Assembly: GCF_006345805.1 (NCBI RefSeq)
Contig: NC_043008.1
Location: 30,194,001-30,258,000, forward strand
Source of the DNA: Octopus sinensis
Lineage: Eukaryota
Direction of reading: 5' to 3'
Length of the DNA: 64,000 nt
Part shown: positions 39,802-53,262 of the stretch, one piece after another
How positions within the stretch are numbered: position 1 is the first letter of the stretch
Layout of the letters: each line of letters starts with the position of its first letter
Notes under the pieces: model-generated
The model's input: the letters and a program-made list of their open reading frames with translations, nothing else
The model's database searches: none
What the model was told of the DNA's origin: nothing
Position numbers and translations under genes: made by a program

Positions 39802-39847
39802 ACCCTGAGATTATTAATTATATATATATAATTAATAATCTCAGGGT
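39802..39847. repeat. Perfect 46-bp palindrome centred on (TA)n
   Basis: accctgagattattaattatata|tatataattaataatctcagggt. Confidence 0.95.
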
Positions 39848-39983
39848 CAGAAAATCTTTAGAAATTTTTACTACCAGTGGCCTAGCGTATAGAAAAATTA
39901 GTCAATAAACTATTATATTATTCATATAAATACAGTGTACATTTAAACACACAAAAGGTATCCATCATAGGATACCTGTCACG

Positions 39984-40304
39984 CTAGAAGGAATAGCTAA
40001 AATCAAAACCACTATTAGGGATAACTTTTGAAGGGAATGTAAATTAAAAACATTTACCATCTATGTCCTGGACCATGGTTTCTGACTTTATGTTAGCAAA
40101 TAAAATAATTTCCTAGGCGAAGTCTTCATCAACAAGTACGCCTAGATTAAACATATAAGCACGAGCCAATCCAACATGTGCCCCGTGCTTATATATTATA
40201 ATTTTTCAAATCCAAACCATGATCCACGAGATAGATGTTTTTATTTTTCATTCCCTTCGAAATTTATCTCTAATAGTGGTTTGGATTTTGGCTATTCCTT
40301 CTAG
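39984..40304. repeat. 34-bp inverted repeats (2 mismatches) bounding ~250 bp with an internal hairpin
   Basis: ctagaaggaatagctaaaatcaaaaccactatta at 39984-40017 versus its reverse complement at 40271-40304. Internal atataagcacg/cgtgcttatat hairpin near 40152-40195. Confidence 0.8.
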
Positions 40305-41555
40305 TGTGCTAGGTATCCTATGATGGATACCTCGTATGTGTTTATATGTACACTATATTTATATATATATGAATACATACACATATATATTTGAAATGGA
40401 ATAGAATGTATTTCAGATTTGATGTCTCCTAAATATAATGATATATTCATAAACATTAAGCGATGCACCAAGATCTTGTAAATCTCATTTAACAATAATT
40501 GTTTCACGAACTTAGTATCTGGTGGTGTTGGTGAGGTGCTGGGGATTTGAAAGAGAAATAAGAGAAGGGACAGAGAATGAGTGGAAGAGGAGATGTCACG
40601 TAAACCCAATGATGAAATCTTAAAGAGAATAAAACAAGCTAATGAATCATTTAGTCAATTCTTATCGGAAGTTGAATACTACATATTAGCTATAAAATTT
40701 GAGATAAACGCTCTTTCACGAGATATATTTTTACGGACACAGCCAGACCTCTGATACTATCATAAACCATCGGATAAGGCAAAACTGATAAGGTACTTTC
40801 TTTATAATAATATTTACGGCAAAGCAATTCCTACAGCAATTTTAGGAAATTAGGTATTTTACTCTGAAATTTGAAATGATCGATTTAAAAACAGGAACCA
40901 TCATCATCACCGCTACAACAAAAGCAACTTTAACAATAACTGTAACGACAACAACAGCAGCAGCATCAACGCTAATAGATGATGGCTTGAGCGGTTTTAG
41001 TGAAAAAAGGAACGAACATCGATGTTCAACTTAATAATAAATATAAGCCATTATTATCATAATGGCGATTTTGAAATGATTCAATGTTCTGATAAAAATC
41101 AAACTTGTATTAGAAGATTCACGAAATAGAATGATCTTTTGATAAATCTTGCTATTAATATATCTAAAATTCAAAATAATAGTATATTTTAGATCTATGA
41201 GATAGTCTTTACGTATTATTATATTCTTCATCTAGAAAAAAATATACAAATATTTTAGATCATTTATTTCATTCCTTTCACAATATTAAATAATCGGAAA
41301 ACATTTTCATGCTCTCATGTATTCTTATTTAATAATCAAACTTGATATTTATGTGATGTACATAACACAGAGATATATTTTCAAATAGTATTCATGTGAA
41401 TGAATTCACATATACGTACGAAAAAATACACACACAAACACATATAACGAAACATGAGTGTATGTACATTATATTAGTATATAAACACGCACTCACAGAC
41501 ACATACACACGCGCGCGCGCCCACGTGCACACATACACAGACACGTATATATGTA

Positions 41556-41587
<32 letters not shown>

Positions 41588-41869
41588 ACATTTGAAGGTG
41601 ATAGGCACTGCTATAACAAAGATAAATAGATCGAGATAGAGTGTATAAGACATCGTTATTTCTATATTATAAAAGATATGGAAAATTCTTTTTCAAATAA
41701 GACGTGTTTCCGCCTGTGTCTATGTTTGTCCGCATATCCAAGCATGTATGTGGTATGTGAGCATGGAGAAGAGAAAGAGAAAAACAGAGGGAGAAAGCAG
41801 AATTATGTGTGTGTGTGAGTGTGTGTGTGTATGGATGCATGTGTGGATGTATATGTATATATACGCATC

Positions 41870-41940
<71 letters not shown>

Positions 41941-43190
41941 ATATATATATATATATATATATACGTGTGTATGTATATATATATATATACATGTATGTAT
42001 TTATATATGTATGTATATTATATTATATCATATCTTATACATCATTTAATGTACACAATTACAAAAGAGCTACAAATAGTTTCATGCTTTAAGATATATT
42101 GAATTGCCAGATTTATATAAAAAAAAGCATGTATCCTCAAGCAGTCTTTCGGGGTACTTCATAACGTTAGATCTTTTATAAAATCAGAAATCTGGCCACT
42201 GCGAAAATATGAGATAAAAACCGAAAAGTAAAACAAAAAAAGAAACGCGAAAAAGAGGAACAAAACCGGAACAATAAGAAAGAAAACAAAAATAAGAAAA
42301 GGAAGAAAGCCAATAATATAAGTGAAAGAGGCCAAATTCTGTTAGCTAAGCAATTCCGAGGAGGTTGTGTCCTCCTTCTCGACAAAAAACCTGCACATAT
42401 GCTAGCATTTCTTTAAAATTTCGGATCTGGAATTAAATATGGCGGTGGAATTCTTGAATCAAAAATCGTTTTGCGATCTTTTAGATATACATAACTTGTT
42501 TCTCTTTGATCCGTTTATATATAGCGTAGATTGTTCTATGATTCTGCCCTTGATTGCATGTGATGTGTAAATGGTCTTCAGAGCTCATATATGGTTAGCC
42601 AACTTATTGGCTTTGCATTTATCAATGTGTAGGAAAGTAAAATAATGATTTGCATAATAACTTTTGAAACTACTTTCGCATAAACACATGTTGTTGATTT
42701 TCTCAGTGATGTAGTCTTAGACCACAGCTGCAAATTGGGTTTCATGAACGAGTATGTTTATCAAACAAACAGGAAGCGTTCAAGCTTCAAGGTCTTGACA
42801 GTTACAACTAGGAATGGGCTTTTGCTGTGACTACGCGTGATAATATCCTTCATATTGAGGCATCAGCTGTATATACACACACATACACACACACACACAC
42901 AGATTTAGATTTATTAAATATACAAAATAATATAGCATGTAAATAGTTATATGTACTTACTGATCGACGATAAGGGACGTTCTTGTTAAAAGTATGCAAT
43001 TTATTTTCGATATAATTTAAATATTTTCATAGTAACAAATGCATTATTCTGTCTTTTCTTAAAGTACAATGTAAAGATGGAGGGAAATTATGCAGCAATA
43101 TCCTATAGGTCATTCATTCGACGTTCAAGAGTGTTATGCCTCTGGCTTGCATACATATATACATACATACGCGCATACACAGACACACAT

Positions 43191-43278
<88 letters not shown>

Positions 43279-43312
43279 TGTGTGTGTGTACAAATATATA
43301 GGTGTGTGTATT

Positions 43313-43346
<34 letters not shown>

Positions 43347-44010
43347 TGTATGAATGTACGCTGTTCATTTCGTTACATTAAACAATATTGCCAGAGGCTT
43401 TCGGAACAGTAATGATATTTGTTCGACAATTGATGACGGGTTGAGATTCTCTGCAACTTTTGTGCGTGGTGTCCATCCATTTTCACTCTTTTACAGTAAA
43501 TGCATTTGTCGTCTCCCTCTTCATTATATATATAAGTAAAGCCGCGCGATTTCTAAAGAGCATTACGTTTGACTCTGAGATATATGTGCGTGAGTGTCTT
43601 TGTGTGCACTAGTGTTTTGAGTGATGAAGATTATTTTCTCGCCAGTGAAGTGTGGACTCATTTACGACTTACATTTTTGTTACATTGTACTGGTGAATAT
43701 ACGATAAATGGTTAAAATATGCCACAACCTACGCCCAATCAAAGGCATGTGAATGAAATTCTATAGAGGAAAACTAAGTGAAAACTCAGCAGATAGACTG
43801 CTTCTGCAATTAAAACAGACAGTCTTGTCATAATTTGTTAGCTGTTTATATTATAGATACAAGGTTATGTGAGAGGAAACCAAATAACTATTTATTCGAC
43901 ACTACACTGAGGAATTAAAAATTTTAATTAATAGATCGTAGATCATATCATCGAAACCAATATAAGATACATATGTTTCTCATACACATTGACATACATA
44001 CTGCTACAAA

Positions 44011-44045
<35 letters not shown>

Positions 44046-44052
44046 CCAGGGA

Positions 44053-44092
<40 letters not shown>

Positions 44093-44124
44093 CGAGGGAT
44101 GATATGTATATATATATATATATC

Positions 44125-44780
44125 ACCAGGGATGATCTGGTTCTTCTCAAATGAAAAGGACTTCATCCAGGATGAGTTACATAATACCCAGAACAACATG
44201 TGGCTTGCCTACATTCCATGTGATGTCCAAAGTATCATGAGAACCAAGTTTTTTTAAACTGTTGAGATCCTTGTGTGTGTTTCCACTGAGCGTGATGTCA
44301 TGCCACGTCTTGCACGTCTTAAAACAGGTTTCCACCTCTTGAAACAGGTACTTAGGTACAATTCAAACGACTCTCTGAAGTTGCTTCAGATTGCTTGAAC
44401 GAATCTGAAGCGGTTGTTGAAGAATTTCTACAACTTTATCCGTGCGAATTTCTGACCTACTAATTCTCACGGTTATAATCCCTTGTATTACTATGTGTGG
44501 GCACCGGTTAAGAAAGGCACTAACTTTTATGCCTGCGACACCAAGGTTAAGCTATTCAAAGATAATCCTAACGAAAGAGTGGGGGACGCACATGCCAAAT
44601 TCCAAGACTGTCTTGAGGCATTGGTGAAAGCTGAGGGCGGCTACTTTCGTTAAACAGTTATCTCAAAGCAATAATCCAATTGATATTTATTGATTTGTAA
44701 AAATACATTTATTTCTGGAAGGGATATGTTTTTTTTCCTTGTATTCAAACTGTCATATCTAGCCAAAACACCCTGTATAG
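44125..44780 (+). mobile_element. 3' half of a decayed DD37D-like mariner element
   Basis: PGMIWFFSNEKDFIQDELHNTQNNMWLA...RTKF, later NP(L)YYYVW-like and LEALVKAEGGYF. Ends in caccctgtata (TIR-like end plus TA). Confidence 0.75.
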
Positions 44781-45305
44781 ATCAAATATATGTGTGCGCG
44801 TCAAGCATATGGATGTATAAATTTTTTTTAAAGAACTGGTAACCGTAACTTCGATGTTTTAGCTAACTACTCATCATCAGATTGTAATGCCCTTCGGTTT
44901 TAACGCCTTACGCATGGTACTTTTATTGTTGGTTGTTTTTGGTTAGTGAAGAAGCTAAGCGAGAGTCAGACATGATATTAAACATGAAGTAGAAATTGAT
45001 GTCTTGAAAGAGGAATAAAGAAAGGAAGGTGGGAAAAATGTTTTTAGTTACTGAGTGTAGAAGAATGTATGCTGCAAGTACTTATTCTTCTTTTATAAAT
45101 TAAGGGTTCTTCAATCGTTGGGCTCTAGTGCACTTCTATGTAAAGTGGGTGTCAACATTTTCAGCATTGTGATTTTGTAGGGTCCATGCGAAAGTTGTGA
45201 TATATTCAGGCAAACATTTTGTTGACAGAATTTTTTTCTATTAGCTAATCTACATGACTTGTGTATGGAATGCTGTTGCGTTATAATATTTTGGTTTCAT
45301 TAAAC

Positions 45306-45705
45306 CGGCAAGCTGGCAGAAACGTTAGCACGACGGGAGAAATGCGTAGCCGTATTTCGTCTGCCGTTACGTTCTGAGTTCAAATTCCGCCGAGGTCGAC
45401 TTTGTCTTTCGTCCTTTCGGGGTCGATAAATTAAGTACCAGTCATGCACTGGGGTCGATGTAATCGATTTGTTCGGTTTGTCTGTCCTTGTTTGTCCCCT
45501 CTGTGTTTAGCCCCTTGTGGGTAGTAAAGAAATAGGTATTTTGTCTGTCTTTACGTTCTGAGTTCAAATTCTGCCGAAGTCGACTTTGCCTTTCATCCTT
45601 TCGGGGTGAACAAAGTAAATACCAGTTGCGTGCTGGGGTCGATCTAATCGATTACCCCCCACTACCCCCAAATTTCGGGTCTTGTGCGTATGGTAGAAAA
45701 TAATG
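45306..45705 (+). mobile_element. Second tRNA-type octopus SINE family, partially dimeric
   Basis: B-box-like gagttcaaattc. The core acgttctgagttcaaatt...cctttcgggg...accagt...ctggggtcgat...aatcga occurs twice (about 45368 and 45553). Confidence 0.8.
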
Positions 45706-47064
45706 TCTATAGAGAAAACATATTTAATTTGTCACAAGGCGTAAATCAGAATTAAATTAATGTTAGAAGCCTTCTTTTAAGAAATATTCGGCTTAAAAGA
45801 AAATCATAGATTAATATAGAATACGCTATTCTGAATTATTAATTGGAGTGCACAAATATGCATCTTACATAGCTATTTATATAATATATCAGTATAGGTG
45901 TATACCCGCATTTACCTGTATATGTATCAACCAAATACAGATGATAGCTTTCTCCATAGAGGTATGAACCTAGAAGTGTACAGGTATACATATGTATTGA
46001 AGGTTACATAGGAATGCAGGGGTGCTTACATATTTATATGTCCTTAAACAACTATATTTATGTGTGTGTATTAGTGCTTCTCCATGATACCTTTTAAAAA
46101 CGGGAAGCATAAAAAACAAAGTAACGGACACAAAAGAAAAAATAAATAAGGCTATGGGAAAATATTCCCGGCAGATACCACCATGGTAGTGTACTCCAAT
46201 TGTGAAGAAACTTTTATGCACATACACACACTCATACACAGAGGTACACGTGACACACAAACACATGTGAGCGCCCACTTACAGTTTACAGATCTGTTAA
46301 GGCAGGATCAACAAAATAATGTACTCCATCTCCTGAGAGATAAATATCGTTTAATGTACACCGCATTTAGAATATATTGCTAATAGTCTCTAGTCATAGA
46401 TATACTTAGATTAGGCAGGTTTAACCTCATTGCTTGGAGATACAACGCATGTCATATAAATCTGTCTAATCTCAGGGTCTCTACGGCAAAAACACTATTA
46501 GTAGCTCTTATTTTGAACACTGAGTACGTAAGTGATATAATGACAAGACAATAATTTAGCATTATTATACAATATCCATAGCAGTACGGTGTTTGTAACG
46601 TATAAAATGTTACTAACAGAAACGTAACAGGCAAAATGTGTAGAAAAGTACGTAACTAAGATAGGAATCGTATTTCAAAATTCAATTAGCATGATCTTCA
46701 GGTGTTTCAACGGCTCATAATCAAACGTCATTGATTAATAAAATCTTTACGTAATTTTACACAAATGATACAATTGAATAAGATGTTTAAATCATGTCAT
46801 CAAGGACGAAACTGAAATAATAACATCTATTTATAACTGGCGTGTAAATAAGACACATATAATGACGATGTATATAAATGTGTATATGAATATGTACATA
46901 GAAACACACACATATATGTATATACATATATGTTGTCTATGAATGTGCACACATACGCAGACATAGAGGCTTAGGTGTTTGTGGATATTAATATGTATAA
47001 ATATGCGTAATATACATATGTGTGATACTGTACTACACCAAACACACACACTCACACACTCACA

Positions 47065-47099
<35 letters not shown>

Positions 47100-47134
47100 G
47101 CACACACACGATTATATTTGTAGGTATGTATACA

Positions 47135-47662
47135 TATTATTCAGTTTTATTTCAAGATTTCTCGCCAATAGAGAAAGAGCCATTTTCCAACCTAGATCGA
47201 AGGCATCTTCACTGGAACTTCTGCTGCCTCAACAGGGTCCTTTTGTATGTATTTATACGTGCAGATTTGTATGTTTTGTTTTATCTATGTCGTATCATGC
47301 ATATACTTGCACATCTAGACATGCTCATATATATTTAAATGATAATATTCTGAAAAGTCTTACAGATTTTTACAATTCCAATTATAGATTGGATCTGTTG
47401 TCTTCGAATCAGCTTTCTCCTTTCTGGTTTTGAGAAACCTAATTTCTCGAGATTATAATTAGGCAGTGTGTTACATATCCCATTGGCCCAATAATTACAG
47501 GTATTAATCTGAACGTGTAGTATGGATAGAATAATTGCAGATTTCTCAATAGCTTAGCGTAGGTGTTATCTTTTAAGCTGATCTTCAGCTGTAAGGTAAT
47601 ATTTACTGCGCAGCTAATTTCCACAACCACACGCAGTTTCTCTTCGCTATCCCAAATCATTG
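47135..47662 (-). mobile_element. 3' fragment of a non-LTR retrotransposon with restriction-like endonuclease (RLE; R4/NeSL/HERO-type)
   Basis: IWDSEEKLRVVVEISC...KDNTYAKLLRNLQLFYP...IPVIIGPMGYV matches the PD-(D/E)xK RLE C-terminal pattern (IW..E...vEi.C/P...K...Y..L...p.iiGa.G). Followed by a 3' UTR. Confidence 0.7.
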
Positions 47663-48407
47663 TATGCATGTATGTATATATGCATGTATGTATACAGATG
47701 CTTAAATGCATATATATATATATATGTGTATATATATGTATATATGTTTATTTATATATATATATATATATCTGTATGTATATATATATATATATATATA
47801 ATATATATATATATATGTTCTACATTTAAGGACATAGATCTTGATAGACAGATAGATACAGAGACAGTGAGAGAGAATATGATAGAGGGACGGATATATA
47901 TATATATATATGCACGCACACATATATGTATGTATGAATAGATAGATAGAGAGAGAGGGAGAGAGAGAGATAATTGCTTACATATAAGTAGAATCATTAC
48001 ATTGTGTCATCAAGACGGTTTTAAATAATATTCATGTTACACAATTGTAGTAATGTTTATATTAAACAACATTTGTACCAAATTCTAAGTGTAACCCAGC
48101 TAGAATATTTCTTCTGATCCGCTGTATAATTTCCTCTTAAATTCTGTAACACTGTTACTGCTACTATTCTGAACGCTACGTTTTTATACCAATGGGAAAT
48201 GCAAAGCAGCGAAGCCCAAGTTCTCGTCTTTCGAAACCTGAATACAGGCTCACACACAATTTGCATTTACTCCCATTTCTTCATGGTTGTATACTTACAA
48301 TTCATATATAAAAAAGAAATTCTCTTTCACATAATTTTTGAAGAATATTCTTATGCTTAGTAATGATTTCTTTTTTCCTTATATGGTTTTTCGTATTCTT
48401 TTATACG

Positions 48408-48438
<31 letters not shown>

Positions 48439-48562
48439 TATATATAATCTAACATCATACACACACAAACACACGCTTGTGTGTTTGTGTTTTCGCATAA
48501 ATGCATATTCATATTTATATTTATATCTATCTATCTATCTATTTTTTTACTGGAAGAAAATC

Positions 48563-48619
<57 letters not shown>

Positions 48620-49126
48620 GTACATACATGCATACACACACATATATATTCATAATATGCACGTAGATTCATATAAATTCTAAATAGTTATATATGTACG
48701 TGTGTGTTTATAGGTATGTATTTATGTATGTATGTATGTATGTATGTATGTATGTATGTATGTATGTATGTATGTATGTATGCATGTGTATCTAGAAACA
48801 TATACATATAATGCTGTTTGATATCGTGCATTATATAGGTTTATGAATCAATAAAAATATTATTTTAAGGCCCCTTTACTTTTTCACCACAATGATATGT
48901 AGTGCAAAGCTTAGCATGCCACCGACACCACTCCATCCTTAATGATCTCACTAAGAATTGGGAGAGAGAATAAACTTTAGAAAATACTTTTCTACACATA
49001 TCTGATATTTGTTGTGCTGTCTATTCCTTTTTATTGTATTAACAATCACCAGTATCTACAAATATATTTCCGCTAAATCACTTCTTGCTTGTTCTATGCA
49101 CACACACGTACACACACACACACACA

Positions 49127-49227
<101 letters not shown>

Positions 49228-49230
49228 TAT

Positions 49231-51700
49231 ATTATTATTATTAAAGTTTCAGCTTAGAGCTGCGGACATGCTGATGCACCGCCGTTTTGCGCTACACTGT
49301 TATTACTAGGAACCTCCTCTAATATGTGGCACTAGAAGAATGGAGTTTGATATATCTACCCTCATTTGCACCTCTTGCCGTGAGGTAGGTTCATCTGGGA
49401 CTCTCGACAGGAAGAGGTCCAGCTTTGATTAAAAAAAACCTACATCTACTTTGTGCAAGTTCCTCAGACTCTTTGGGAGAATATTAAAAAGCTGTGGGCC
49501 TTTGAAACCCAGGCTGTTGCAGTAGCTGGTCTTAAAGCGTGATGGCATTGCTGGGATCTTTGGCACTATGCAGTGTCGTCCTGTTCTGGCATTGGTGTAG
49601 CTTTCAATGCCAAAATTTGGCACAATTCCTTCCAGGATCTTCTAGATATATATTACTGCATATCTCTCCCGTCTTCTCTCCAGGGAGTAGAGTCTTAGCT
49701 GTTTCAAACTTTCCCCGTTGATGAGCTGTTGCAAAGAGACGATATTCTTTGTGAATCTTCTCTGGATTGCTTCAAGGTCCGCTGTTAATCTCACACTGAT
49801 GGGTGACCATATCTGTGAGCAGTAATCCAGGCGACTGAGGACGAAAGTCCGCCAGAAGACCATCATGGTTTCCTTATCTCTGGTTCTGAATGCTCTTAGG
49901 ATCCAGCCAGCCAGTCGTCTGCACTTTGTCGCCATCCTGGTAATGTGCACTTGGAAAGAGGTATCATCACTTCGTTCACTTGTTTGTCTTTCAACGGGGT
50001 GTTAAAGACACTTTTGAACTGGTCATTCAGTATCTCACTGATCTTAGTTGAACTGTTTGTGAGGGAGCCATCTTTTTGGAGGAGGGATCCTATCATGTAG
50101 TGTATTGAGGCTGTTTCTTTCGCGTAATGAAAGAAGGCCTTTGGGTTTGACTTAATGGTTTTTATAACCCAGGCTTCTTTGTTTGCTTTCTCCCTTACAT
50201 AGGATTGTTGTAGCCTTTTTTTTCGATCTCTATCAGTGTTTTTAGGCGGGACGTTTCGCTGCTTTTGGGATGTCGGTTGAGTCGATTTGCAACCTTCGTT
50301 CGTCATCTCATGAGGATCTTCCTATCTCTTGGAATCTTGCTCCTATTTGTTTTGACCTTGTGCTCCGGGACATATTTCTGGCATATGGCTTGCACATAAG
50401 ACATTCTAGTTTCATGTCAATGTCTGGTGTGGAGAGAAATTTCAACCAGTCCTCTCTGAGGATCTCTTTTTATATCGATTTCCAATCTGCTTTGTGGAAG
50501 TTCAGATTGGAGAGATTTCGAGTGCTTCCTTTAGGCTGTATGTCTCTGGTTGTTTTCGGCCCAAGCATAGAGAGCTCTATTATGTTGTGATCCGAGACTA
50601 ATGTCGGTGTCACTTTCACATCATGACTGATGTCCATATTGTTTGTGAAGCAGAAATCCAGAATGTTATTCGCCCTATTTGGTTTGAGTACAACTTGCTC
50701 CATGAATAAGGCATTGGTGAGGTTGAGCAGGGACTCCACCTGTGCTTGCTTGCAATGAGTCATTCGTGAGAGTATGAGACCTTCGGGCCATTTGACGTTG
50801 GGGAAGTTGCAATCACCCATAAGAAATATGGCCACGTGGTGTTCCAGATTCATGAGGATTTCTTTAATTCTTGTGAGGCATACTTCAAACTTGCCTATGT
50901 GGTTTGGAGCATCCAGTGGGCAATATGTATTGCATATTACTATATTATGTTGTCTTATGTATACAATTAGAGTGTCACATACCGAATTTGAGTATGACAG
51001 TAAGACCTGGGATGCGAGATCATCACGGATGTATACAGCAGCTCTACCATGGCTCCTTTCCTTTTTGTCTGTTCGCAGTATGGCATAGTTTGGTGCGTGT
51101 ACTTCTGCATCCTCTATGTCAGGGCTGAGGTGAGTTTCCACGACTGCTGTGCTTAGGGATTGATTGCATGCAGTACGATCTCTAAGGAAAGAAATTTTGC
51201 TTTTATTTTGATGCAACAGGCCCCCAATATTTAGTAATAGTATTGGGGTGACGACTGTGCAGGAGTTAGGGGAGGCCATCCCGTGTCTGCTGACTGTGGT
51301 GGTCTTGCATATTGGTGGGCAAGGTTCCTTCTTTGTGCTTGGCGTAGCCAGGTTAGCTGCTGGACATTCCTTTGCGCCATGCACAAAAAAGACTCTTGCT
51401 CAGCTGCTGCGTTGCGCAGAACATCTGAGGAGCACACTTCTTTTCTGAATGTTTTCCTGGGAGACATTTCTTGCCTTTCCTCAGTAAAGTTCTTCTCTTT
51501 AAGGCAGCTGTAGTTCTGGCGGGTTGTCGGGTTGGCAAACCGGCAGTTTTTGCCGTCCTCCCCATGCCAACATTTGCCCTACAGGTAAAATTTACAGGTT
51601 GTTGGGTGCCTTCTAGATTTCTTCTTTCCTGTAGCGTTTTGGGTGGCATTGGGTCCTCCATGGGGTTTTCTGTTGTTTGTTTGGTGGGTTGGGTTTTCAG
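49231..51700 (-). mobile_element. CR1/L2-group LINE with internal deletion of the RT core; (TAA)n tail; 5' end at (TA)n
   Basis: ORF1 remnant with CKFYL*GKCWHG...NCRF (CCCH-like). APE endonuclease. Post-RT C-terminus RLDYCSQIWSP...LEAIQRRFTK...LYSLERRRERY. Tail attattatta at 49231-49243. Confidence 0.88.
50470..51245 (-). pseudogene. LINE ORF2 apurinic-type endonuclease domain
   Basis: LLLNIGGL, VVETHL, ILRTD, AVYIR, CNTYCP, FLMGDCNFP, NNILDFCF, SDHNII within supplied ORF 50470-51384. Confidence 0.85.
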
Positions 51701-51804
<104 letters not shown>

Positions 51805-52225
51805 ACATATACATATATATATATATACATATATATGTATATATATATATAAATATATATACATATATATATTATATATATAAATATACATATATATGCA
51901 GATATGTATACTTATGTATATATATACATATATTGATTGATCGATTTCAATTACTCAATTTAACACACGAGCAGAATTTAAGAAAATTGTTTCATTTCCA
52001 CATACAAAGCAAATTACTATGAGGTTATGTTACTTTGGAACACTTCTATTGATATATAATCCTATACAAAACCTGTAGTAGTTGATAATATATGTAGGAA
52101 TGAGAATCCATCACGTACACACACACGCGCAGAAAAATATATTTGGTGTGTGCATTATATACGTATATGTGTATGTCCGTGTATACATATTACCATAGAT
52201 ATATAATATGCATGCATACCTATAA

Positions 52226-52288
<63 letters not shown>

Positions 52289-52964
52289 CACATGTTAATA
52301 TACATGTGTGTGTATGAGTGAATGCGTGCGTATACGTCTGCGCGGGTGTGTGTGTAGCAGTTACATATATAGTTATAATACAGAACACAATATAGGTAAA
52401 TGAACAAATATCCATGCCTAAATAAATGCATATATGCATATGCAGATGAATGCTTTTGAGTCCCATGTTTACGAGAAATTTACGACTTACGAAGTCATTG
52501 CTGCTTGTTTTACATATCCGCAATTGCAAACATTGTGTTATGATTTAGTGTATTGTCAATTTGTTATACATACAATCCCCTTCTCATTCATTGTGCTGAT
52601 TCAATAAATATTTATTTCGTTACATATAGGGAATAATATGCAATATTGCAATTTCCCTTCACCAACATGTGAATTTCTATATGCTCACACAAATATACAC
52701 GTTCAGACACTCACATACGCACAACCAGATGAATGCGTCAGTATTGCAAATGTGTTCGCCTTTCATTCTGTTATGAAAAATAAGTATCGTTTCTACTGAA
52801 GATATAACGTGATGCACCCTTCACACACATATGCCTGTTCATGTAAACATATATACGAATGTTTCAGTGGGTGTTAGTTTCTGTGCGTGAGTGTGTGTGA
52901 GTGTATATATGAGGCTGCATACATTAATGCAGAGATAACTATATTCAAAAATATATTTTTCACT

Positions 52965-53240
52965 TGTTTCTGTCTCTAGACTGTGGCCATGCTTCGTTGC
53001 TGCTTTGTGTTTTGCTCAAAAACAGAACGCACCAAACGGTCAGGTAAACGAACACGCGTTGTAACGACGTTAGTGAAACAACGTGACCTCTAGGCCATGT
53101 TTATGTATACACACTCACACACATGAATTGACGTAAGTACTTTTTCAGACAGGTAGTTATTATATAGGGTTTTTGCCGAACTACTAGGTCACGGTGACGT
53201 AAAAGCACCCACACCGACTGTGGGGGACAAGCACAGTCAA
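52965..53240 (-). mobile_element. Degenerate SINE 3' half
   Basis: cacttgtttctgtctctagactgtggccatgc...ttttgccgaactactaggtcacggtgacgtaaaagcacccacaccgactgtgggggacaagcacag; homologous to 4764-4965. Confidence 0.7.
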
Positions 53241-53262
53241 AATTATATATATATATATATAT

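Noticed and set aside
44830-45300. Possible decayed GIY-YIG tail with CTGATGA motif on the minus strand
   Set aside because: The GAAA element is mutated and the peptide similarity is weak.
48130-48360. Open frame …FLYQWEMQSSEAQVLVFRNLNTGSHTIC…
   Set aside because: No convincing splice sites and no recognised family.
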